A DNA stretch of 64,000 nt, from positions 32,680,401 to 32,744,400 of the forward strand of contig CM120641.1 of NCBI GenBank assembly GCA_051362555.1, read 5' to 3'. The DNA is from Lingula anatina. Taxonomy: Eukaryota > Animalia > Brachiopoda. Made by a program: the position numbers and the translations under genes. Under the pieces are notes generated by a model that saw only the letters and a program-made list of their open reading frames with translations, made no database searches and was not told the DNA's origin. This document shows positions 50,401 through 62,174 of the stretch, piece by piece. The first letter of the stretch is position 1. Every line of letters begins with the position of its first letter.

Positions 50401-53400
50401 ATATAATATAATATAATATAATTATCAATGTCAGTTCTGCATAGGAATGTCTGTTAACCTATTACCATCAAATTTCATAGTCCATAAAATTCTGTGATCG
50501 AAAAAGGTAATCCCTTACAGTTAAATAATCAGAACTCTTGGCAATTACATCACGTAAAAATATTCATGAAGTACCAATTAGTTTCTTTCTATGCAATCAA
50601 ACTACTTGATAATTGCAAGCTCATTAAACAGACTCACCATTTCAGGACTAATATAATATGGGGTCCCCAATACTGTGTTTGCTTTGGCAGCTGTGGTCAT
50701 CATTTTAGAAATACCAAAATCCCCCATTTTTACAACACCTTCTTTAGTAAGGAAAACATTAGCCGTCTTAAGATCTCTGGAAATCATACAGCACATACAT
50801 GTATATAAACCCATTGCAAATAAGGCTCTATTCCCATAGATTTTAGATCGATCTATCCCCGCGGGGAGTCTCACTAGATTACTTTCAGATAATCCGACTT
50901 AAATGTCCGTCCCGCCTACTACAAGCTGTAAGGGGATAATTAACTTTCGTGTCCGCCTGGCTGACAGCTATTTAGCTTGAACCCCCAGGGAGTTAGGTCG
51001 ATCTAAAGTAGGTCGATCTAATCTATGGAAATGGGGTGTTAGAGAAAATATGTATATTTCTTTGTAATGAATGGAAAATATTACCGAAAGATATTCAATA
51101 AAAACATACATGATACCTTAATATTTAATTTTTTTTAGATTTGTACATACTTCATCTATTGCTTGTTTACATTTTTAATATTCACCTTTCTAAGCATAGT
51201 TAATAAACAAAGTAAAGGACAACAAATAAAAAGATGAAAAGAGCGGATAGATAAACTATTCTTCTTACAGTAATCGTCTTTAAATCATTTACAGAAATCA
51301 TTAGGAACTCTCAGACATGTTCCAGTAATGAGACATGTAGCAAAGGTCAATGATATAATACACACGTACAATTAACTATATTTCAGTTCCCCCATACACC
51401 AAATCAATGCAGTAAGATTTATATGAATATTACCTGTGCAATATATTGTGTTCATGTATGTGTCTTATGGCAGCAACCATTTGCTGAAACATGCCAAGGA
51501 TTTCTTTCTCTTCAAGCGGCTTTTCTTGAGAGCTCAAAAACTGAGCCAGTGTGCTGAAAACGGATACCAGATTTAAGGCAATATTATCTAATACAGGAGA
51601 AAAAGATATATAATTTAGCAAACAGAAACCTTTCCCACATTTATTATTAAATTAATCAATTAAAAACAATTAACAAACACTTTTTAACATGACCATAAAC
51701 ACATAAAAAATCACAAGGAGAAAATGCTGTGTCAGTGCAAAGAAAGGCTAATAACAGAGATTAATTGATGCATTAATTCAATGAACTTTCAAACCTACAA
51801 TTTACCATTTGCTAAAACAAATAATATAATGCACAGGTGCACTTACCCTCCATCTGCATATTCCATCTCAATCATGAGAGTGCCGTCCTCCTCAAAACTG
51901 TCATAGTAACTGATGATATTTGGGTGGTCCAGCATTGCCAGAACTTTCACCTAAAGGAAATGTGAAAGAAAAAAAAATCAAGTTGTAATCCTACAGATGT
52001 AAATATTACAAAGACATAAATCAATCCAATCTTTAATTCACACAAATTAATTCCTATGGCAAGATCAAACTTTAATTCACACAAATTAAATTCCATGACA
52101 AGATATGACAAATTAAATAAATAACTAAATAACTTCCACCAAGGTGATGCTGTAAAACTATGATATGTACAGTGATAATCAAACATTTTTCTTAGAAATA
52201 AACATGAAAAGACCTTATCTTCATTATTTAATATGTCAAATGTATTCATAGCATGTAATATATACTTAAAGCAGTTTTCATCTTTCGATATCTGTCTAAT
52301 GCAAAAAATCAACCAACAATATATAAAGACATGTGATGGAAGACATTTAAACAGCCAAATTTTCATTTAATAACTATTCAAATAAAAAAGAAACTGCCTT
52401 TGTTTTTGCAGTTCATGCTCGCAATAATTTGCCAATGACATAAAATTAACATTAACACCAGGTCTACAACATTTAAATATCATAAATAGGATAACCTGTA
52501 CTTGAACATCACAATGTTTCTTCCACTGGAACAAAGGCCTTAATTTTTATAGTGTGTGTTTTATCTTTCAGGACTCATATATGGTAAATAAATTGACATT
52601 TGTTACTTGGAGCCAAGTAATAAAATATTGAATTGGAACCACTATTTCATGTTGCAACTGTATAAATACTGGCTGCGAACATCACTTTATTGGCTGCAAA
52701 CAATTGGTGAGGTTAAGAACTGCTTTCATTCAGGTCTTTCAATGTTTAGATACAGGTTCTTTTTCGTGACTGCAAACTATTTTCTAAATGGCAGAAGATA
52801 CGAGAAGCTGTATGTCAGAGATCTGGAGCTTCCAATTTGAAAAAGAGAGCATTTTCTCCTATTTCTATAAGCTTATTGACACCAACACAAAGAATGTGAC
52901 TCAGCTATGATTGACAGAATTTCAGGCAGCAAATTTTATCAGTTGGCATGCTCACCCAATGCACATTTGATAATCTGACTGGATTTGCAGGCCAAAGTTA
53001 ACAACAAAATGCTCACGTTCAATTTTGATACAATCGGAACATGAAATTGTGATTCTAGGTCATTGATTTGTAAGTTAAAGTACCCTTTTCCTTTGGGAAT
53101 GGTATTTTAAAATCACCACTAGAGGGACACTTAGCACCCTGCAGCAGGCCGAGTGATTGGTCAGCCAGATCACGAGACATACTTGAAATCATTGGCAGAT
53201 AAAGCCTGGCAGCTGTTAGAGCTGGACATTGCATTAGGGCTCTTGTGCATATTTGCTTTTAATCAGCTTAAAGAATAAGTGTCGAAGATTTTCCCACCCC
53301 TCCCGTCCCTCATATGGGCGGAAGGCGCCTCTTACAATGACATTATGGTATTTATATGATTTGCGTACATGATGTTCACTCAGTATCAGATACTGATCCA

Positions 53401-56400
53401 TCTTTTTGTACTACAAAGGAATTTTGTACAGCTGTGCCTAGTAATATGGCTATCTGTACCTTAAGTTTTGCAATTCATTCACATATTGACATACTGTGTT
53501 AAAGAAGGGAATTTTGATCAGCTGCCCTTAATAATATTTCTATATGTATCTTAAGTGTTGCTATTCATTCACATACATGTTGATGTACTTTGTCTAAGTA
53601 GTTACTGTTGGTATAGTTATGCAACTTATTAACATAGTATTAATAAACACTAATTCACTGCTAAAAACTATTGCAATTTTGGTTATAAGGCACATCTTCA
53701 TCATACTAGTATACTTTGACAAGTTCTTCTCTGTTATTATGCTACACAGGACTTGACTCTTGACTCTCTCTCACAAGTTCTCCACAAATTCACTTCCTGC
53801 TGCTTATGAGAAAGTTACACAATTGGCTGCGCTGAGCATGTAACTTCCATATAACTCTTACGCAAAAGCCAATTAAGCTATCAAGGTGCAAGCGTGAGTC
53901 TTCTGTATGACTCTTGCGCAAAAAACAAACTATCAAGTTCTAGTGTGAAATTTCCATATAACTCTTACTTAAAAGACAAGCTATCATGGTGTCAACGTGA
54001 GATTTCCGTAAAACTCTACGCAAAAGCCAAGTTATAAAGCACTAGTGAGATTTCCATATAAATCTACCATAAAAGGCAAGCTATCAAGGTGCCAACTTGG
54101 GACTTCCGTAGTAACTAAAAAAAAGTAGCTATCAAATTGCCAATCTCCTCCCAAAAATACCATACAGCTGCACTGCTAAGACATAAAGCTTCATGTGAGA
54201 AAGCCTTACATATGTTAATCTTAGCTAATCCAGAGGCAAGAACGTAAAATTTAACAAGAACAGATCACTGCAATAACTTACCTCATTCAGTGCGAGTTGC
54301 CTCTCGCTAGCATTGAGGTCATGCATGTTAATCTCTTTCAATATAACTAAGGAATCGTCATCTTTCTTACGGTACAATACCGCTGTACCATAAGCACCTA
54401 AAAATATCAAATCAGAGGACTAGTTTTATATCTGACACAATTCATTTATCATACTTTCTTTTAGAATAAAGAAATATGACAATATGTATAATGTTATTTT
54501 CTATTTTAAAAAATGTACTTCTGTCATATAATTATATACCTTTCCCAACAGTCCTGATTTTTTCAAATCCAGACAGACTCTGTTGCCCCCACTTTTTAAG
54601 TTTATCTAATCTAAAGTAGAGCTCTCCTACGCAGGATCTGGAACAAAATATAAATAATATTCTAATCAAGTATAAGAATTAAAATAATTAATAATGAAAA
54701 GCAAACTATTTGATATCAATAATCTTATTATCACATCTAGGATGAATATTTATGGGATTGAGAGCAAATGCTCTATAGATCTAAGACCATTCAGAAAAGT
54801 AAAATTTGCAGCAATCATGAGAAATCAAGAAATATTTACCAATCACAAAACTCACTTTAATAAACATGCAACAATCCTTTGGGCTTTAAGTAAAGTTAAG
54901 AATTTACCTTAATTTGATACAAAAATTCTCGATAGTTTTACACAACTGGGTTAAATTATTTATCAGATTAAAAAATTGTTAAACTGCTCTGGCCAAGCTT
55001 ACACTGGAGTTTCGGAATCCACAGCAATCCTTTCCATAGGTATATCATTACCACTTATGTCTTTGGAAATGCCAACTGGGACCTGAAAAATAGCACAAGG
55101 GTAGTTAAGTATGGTCAGTTTCAGAGGTCTCTGCAAACAAACCTCTCTTTTCTCAGCATTCCACTGCCATTACTTGATTATATTTTCTACTTTAAATTCT
55201 TAAAATAATTCTGTCGCTATTAAATAGCCATTTGTGCCAATGCTAGTTGCTTACTTAATTTCCAACCAGTCAGAGAAGAATAAATGTTATTAATGTAAAA
55301 TGAAGCTGTTTGACTTGGAAAAAATAAACAGTTAGCAGTACAGAGCTCTTACCCCAACTAAATCTTCAATGATATTAGCAATGATTCCTCCATCTACATT
55401 CTGTGCAGTATTGCAGCCTAAGAAGTCCAGTCGAGAATTCACCCAGCTTTTGTCTAAATGGTTTGTTGACAGTGTTGTAAAAAATTCTCTTATGCTGGCA
55501 TGCTCTAGTATATTCTCCTTTGTCACAAGCTGAAAAAAGGGGGAATGCAATTGGCATGCTTTTCTCTTTCTCTCATAAACAATCTCAAAGTCTCCAAAAT
55601 TCTTGAATCTTCAAAGCATCATCTGCCAAAATGATCATTGGTAATTTTTTCAACCAGTTGTTTGAAATTATTTATCCCCTCAAGATGACAAATGGTTGAT
55701 AGGCAGTCAATGAAACGTTAAACTGAAGGACAGTAGTCCCTGTATCAGAGGACAAGCATTAGCTGACAAGTTGGTTGGAAACAAATATCTAATTCACAGA
55801 AATTCTAACTAAGACCCCATTCTCATACCTAGATCGATCTAGCAGGATCGACTCATCTCCGAGGGGTTTTCTCGCTAAATTGCATTCAGCATAAGCGGCT
55901 CTGATGATTGGCATGAAGCTATCATTAAAAGCTTCAGTAGGCATGCCATACATCTAAGTCACTTAATCCGAATGCAATTTGGTGAGAATCCCTTTGGAGA
56001 TGGGTCAATCCTGCTACCTTGATCTAAGCATGGGAATGGGGTCTAAAAGACTTTAAAATGACAATTTAACTTTCTTTAATTACTGACAAAACTGAAAACA
56101 TTTACATATAAACCACTTTAATTTTCAACCAATCAGAGTAGAATTATTGTTATAAACCCAAATTGAAATTATTCCCTTTAAAAACATCTTATTATTACTG
56201 TTACCTTTTCTTCTACCCCACAGAGATGAATACAGCGACCTGTGCTGTGCATGATAAGTGCTATACTTTCCACTTTTTTGGAACCAAGGCTCTGAGCAAC
56301 TAAGCCTGAAATTGCAGATCAAATTTGAGAATATTTCTAATTAAATCAACACATTTCAGTACCACAAAAAATATGTTATTTACAAATATTAATTACTAAC

Positions 56401-59400
56401 TTGAAGTTCTATCAATGATCAGCATTAAGACATCCCAGAATTACATTTAAAATTTAGTACTGAAAAAACATTACAGAAACATACTTAAACAACATATTCC
56501 ATTTGGCATATATGTGTTAAACATAATTTGTTACACAAACCTACCTAAAATACTGTCAAGTGTTGAGTTTTCATACTTATATTGCACAATGGTAACATTA
56601 GGAAGTAGAGCACTCTGCATGAGAGAACTATTCTTCACTTTGCTGGACACAATGAGTAGTCGAGGAATTTGGGTATCGGACTTCGTTTCCTGACCAGCAC
56701 CTGAAAAATAAACATTACATGAGATTGAACCTGTGTTCAATAGATTGGTAGTTAGATCATACAATCATAAGGTTACTGAACACAAGTTAGAATCTTCTTA
56801 TCGTTGTTAGCTTACTTGTATGACGAACTGGGTTGGAGGCCTTCATAAGACTGATGTGACCAGGAGTAGATGTTCTCCCTCACTGACCACTAGCTGGTAT
56901 AGTTTCTAAATACTAATATTTACAGTTATGACTCAATCTTTTCAATAAAATATGATCAGATACATAATATTAGATTTACAAAAATTATATTTCTATATAT
57001 TTTGTGGTGCTTTTCTTGCACAGAATAGAACTATTATAATAGCCTGTTTTTTTAATTTTGTTGCTACCACTCAGTAGGAATGTTTTTATTTTAAGAAATT
57101 ATGACTTAAAAAAATACAGTATCTGTACAGCTCACAATTTCCCTCCATAGAAAAGATTTCAAGATTTCAAAAAAAATTTCATTATTTCAGTATTTCAAAC
57201 GCTTTTTTATTTGTTTCTGATTCAGCTTCCTGACCAGCACCTGATAAATTAACTTTATATAACATTTTTAAAATAAAAAATTAATATTTCAACTTCTTGA
57301 CCAGCACCTGTAAATATAATTTTATATAAAGTTTTTAAATACTAATATATTACTACTTTTTGGTATCTGATTTTGCTTCTTGGTTAATCAGGCCCCGACA
57401 AATAAATCTTATGATAAATCTTAGTTATATACTAGTACTAATATTTCAACTTCTTGACCAGGACCTGAAAGATGAATGTTACATAAGGTTTTTAACACTA
57501 ATTATATCATTCCAATATGTTGTTTGAATTTAAGATTTTGTTGGCACTGTACAGTGTATGTCCTAGTTCTATATATCATACGAAATGGCACTGTTACGTC
57601 ATCAATTTGTTTTTTTCTCTTACCATCATAAAAGGCTCCAGTCTGACATCTGTATCCTATACAGAATATGTTCATCCTGCACTAATCATCTTGACAATCA
57701 ATATGTAAAATGTTCTATCAACCGAACCGAGAAAACAAACTGTAATTCTTAAATCAAATAGTTCTTCTCAAATACTAAGGGTTTCAAAGGCAACTCTCCT
57801 TGCACATGCTATGTGATACGTCATTCAGCAGCTTAACTTCAGTTTCTCTACCTCTACATATTAACACTTTTGCTTTTAGCATAACAAATTAGCATGATTT
57901 GTGCTACTAATGAGTTGAAATATAATACATATACAACACACTAATGAGCCAGCTGAGGTAGACAACCTTCTACCATATTATATACACATCTCCTCAATAT
58001 ACATTTCAATGTTGTGTTTTTTTTTTAATTAAGTTTAAAAAAAAAAGAAAAATCTGCAAGGAGGCATTGTGTCTCTAATTAAAAGAAAGCCTGTGCAAAA
58101 TGTTTTCATTCTTGGCAAATTGTAGAGCATATAACAACCTCGGAGGAAATGTACTTAGAAAGCTAGGTAACAAATAACTTGTTGCATACATTTATATGTT
58201 TGGGTGTTTGACATTAAATTTTTTCTGTATCAGTGATCACATTAATTGCCCATATCAATTTTTTTATGCCTTATCACTTTTGTATTTAAAATATACACAT
58301 TGATTATACACTTGTAATAATCAGTCTGTTTGTTTATTCAGGTTCTTCTTGTTGATTTTCACCAACGGAGACAGGCATTTGCAAAGTTTTGCTGCATGTT
58401 TATGCTGTTGTGCAGCACTTCACTGTTGCTGTATCTCTGTCTTTCCTATGTCTCTATATGTATCCTCTCTCATGAGACTTGTACCTCAGCAAACCCATTT
58501 ATTTACAAAATTGCATAAGGCAAAGGATTGCACACAAACACTTAATATGAAAATATTAAAATTATCTGAGTTTATCCCCAATAAAAAAAAAGTTACATCA
58601 ACAATTAATGGTTCAGTACACACAATCATTTTACAGTTCAAAGACTACTCTTCAAAATGACAAACACCAGCTAGTGTCCTATATCTTGAAAAAAAAGGCA
58701 CCTATATTTTAAAGAAAAAAATCTAATTAATGCATTCTGAGTAGGCCATAATATGACCTTATGATTCTTCACCATCAAAATGCATAAGCATTAGAGTCAC
58801 AAAGCAATGAGATGCTTGTTCCTGTGCTTTTGCAGACCCATAGCCAGAAAGTTTTCTGGGGCGGTTCATAATAACTGCCCTTTTTGTTGGGAAAAGATAC
58901 GCTCTGTGTAAAAAATTTGACTAAGGTGCATGAAGGTTTCATGGCAAAAGAACCACTTTTCCAGAAAAAGGACCCTCCCTTTGGAGGTTCTAAAGTGACA
59001 ATCACCTTAAATGAGTGACCTGAGAATGTCATATTGAGGTAACACACAATAGCAAGCCCTCAGCTACACACATCTTTGGAGCTTTTCAATTACTTGATCT
59101 TTTCAGTGGGGGGAAACTTGTGATCACTTTACACAAGAGTAATGACATACTGGGACGACACACGACCCCAGCTAACCTCTGGTGCATCCTAATAGTTATT
59201 CAAGGTCACTCCACAGGAATGTGAATATTTGGGTTGCATCAATGATGCTCTTGTTTTGTGTCATGTTTTTGCATAGTTTTGATTTGCCCTGTTATTGTCA
59301 CTGTTTTATACTAATGTGCCTCCAGTATGGAACGAAATCAACAGTTATCAAAAAGTAAAGTAAAACAGTAATGCAAATATTACGCAAAATCTGTTCATCA

Positions 59401-62088
59401 CTGATGTGACCAGAACATGCAATTATTTTTTGTAAAATGATCCTTTACTGATTAAATGCTGATACACACTGTGTCTATCGACAAAATCAAATGTAAGGTA
59501 GATAACAAAATCACTTTTGTATAGATGATCCAATGTGCCTTTTGAGATGAAGCAGATCCGGTTATTCCGTTTTTACACAGGACAAAGGGGGGGATTAGGG
59601 GCAATAAAAATTTTTCATAAATGTAATACATCAAGCAAAAATAGTGTTCTAAATCAGTAGCACACAGAAAAGATATTTTCTGATCAAATTTTTTTTTTTT
59701 TTGTGGATTCAACATTATATGGGTACAATATCATAAAAATAAAATACTTTATTTACTTATAGAGAGTATAATTGTTCACCTATCCTCCCCCAAAAAATAT
59801 CAGCCAGTCCATGTGAAAAAAATAGTGACACAGTAAATTGAGCCAAGGCAATACATACAGGTACATCGTGATTTCTGTGGGATAAATTGCGAACAATAAA
59901 CAGTGAACAACCAGGTGTTTTATCATGCAGGAAAAAGGTAAGTTTTTAAAAAAAAGTATATGCATATATAAACAGTACCAGTATGAGGAAAAAATTATAT
60001 CTATATGTATAGATTATAAGGCTTTCCTCCAGCCGTCATTTGGACAGCCGCTGGCCTCAAAAGACAGCCTGAATGGCTTATGGAAATAATTGGCTAATGA
60101 TAGTATATTTGTAGATTTGTAAATCAGTGACAACGCACCATTTAGAACTATTTTTATCATTATTATTTTAATAACTTAGAAGTGTTCAAAGTTCTCAAAT
60201 ACTTTAACTAGAATTATTTGGAAAAAGGGTGTCACCTCGAAAAATGTGCTTAATTACATGTCTGGTTCCTTTAAAGTAATAAGGCGAAATGCTAACACTA
60301 AAGAGTTGGCATTTTCAGGGGTCGAAGTGTTCAGGAAATCATACTTTCCATGCCAGGAAAAGTAATTTTGTAACTATATTACTTTCCCTGAAAAGAAATA
60401 AATTTCCGTGATAAAAAATCATTAAAACTGATCTCCCCGATTTTAAAATAGATTAATGTTTTTATTATGATAATAAATTATAAAGAAAAGATACAATGTG
60501 ACCTAGAAAATCTATATTTGCTGTTATGAAGTAAAAAATAATTGGAAGTATATGATGAGGCAGGTAATATGATCATCTTTATCTTGATGCTTTTCATATA
60601 TATAAGCAAATGGTGATGCTAGGAGACATTAGCAAGCAACAAAGATGATTTGTTTTCAAGATTTTTTATCCCAAATACTTGTAAAACGACTTGTCTGTCA
60701 GACAGTCCACCCTGCAACTTCTGATCCGATACAGTCATTATTGTCGAGATCTGTACTTCTGTTTCAGTTCTTTGGAAAAGAAGCCACCAATGGTGATTTC
60801 CTCACAGGTTTTTGTATTTCCCAGAACTTTTCAACTATTTGACATAGATTTTCCGATCTGGTAATAGCTTTCCCATGGAAAACCAAGAAATCAACTTTTT
60901 GACCCTTGACTTAGAAAAAACTCTTTGATGCCTCAGTCAATTTCATCTTATTTGAAGTTTTTTGGTGCAGAACATTTCATGTCACCTCATGTGATTTAAC
61001 AGTGCTGTTGTTGAGCACAAGGCTTTCCACTTAAACACTAGAGAGTGGAAGACTACTGTAATTTTCTTAAATTGCACATGGCATTTGATGACAGAAACAG
61101 GAGTCAAATTATATTTAGGGGTACCTGGACCTGTGTAGTATAAGAAACTATTTAACAAAAATGAAAATATTAAATATTTAATTTCCACTGGGAAAAATAA
61201 GTGTGGCTCTCTCTCATCAAACGCACATAAAAAACAACATAATAACATTATATAAACTAAAATAATTGTTATGCAAAGATGGTGGCAAGATTTTGCTTAA
61301 AAGGCCTACATTTGCTTAATAGGCCTAAGTCACAGACAGTCAAGTCAAACAAGAACCTCCTGTTGTTTTAATGCATTAACAGCACAGCAGTATAAGATTT
61401 CAATCTTTCAAAATTGAATAAATTAAATCAACTCAAACTATAATGAAGACGGTTATATGAATACACTTCTTGTATACAGCTTGCCCAAACATAAATACCC
61501 AGTAGGGGCTAGACTTTAATCTAAAAAGAAAAACACACGTCACCTCCTGCTCCTACTCCCCTAATCATTTTATTGACATTTTCAATTTCATACAAAATTC
61601 CTGCATACAAGCCAAATTGCTGATCTGGTTGGCAAGAATTCAAGGTTGACCCTATGATGGTACTCTAAACACAAAACAAAACAAGTCTACCTGAATGACA
61701 CATAAGCATTGTACTACGTGAACTGCATATGCGTTCGCACAATTGTATTTTTTTCACTTCACTAAAATGAAATCTCATAACATTCATGAAGTCTTGACAT
61801 GCAATATACTTGTTCTTCTATAGCACAGCAAATTCAATCAAATCATACGAGGACAAAATGTGCATATGTATCCGTTTCATATGAATCTGTTTCTAATGTT
61901 TCATTTACTATACGTCATGCCAATGAGCTACACACATGTACGCACGCACACGCACAAGCACACAGGTCATTGGTCAAGCAAAACAGCTTGTCCATCTGAG
62001 GGTTACGCTTAAATATAATCACTGATTTTTCTATGTCCTATCCACTGCTGCACTTAGAGAACTGTTACTGTGCACACTAAAAAAACTA

Positions 62089-62174
<86 letters not shown>

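Noticed and set aside
50159-50428. IILYY-repeat ORF
   Set aside because: Translation of the (ATAAT)n microsatellite.
60630-60980. Coding-like composition on the minus strand in the large NEK intron
   Set aside because: All frames are interrupted and no motif was recognised; probably a decayed TE, but not supportable.
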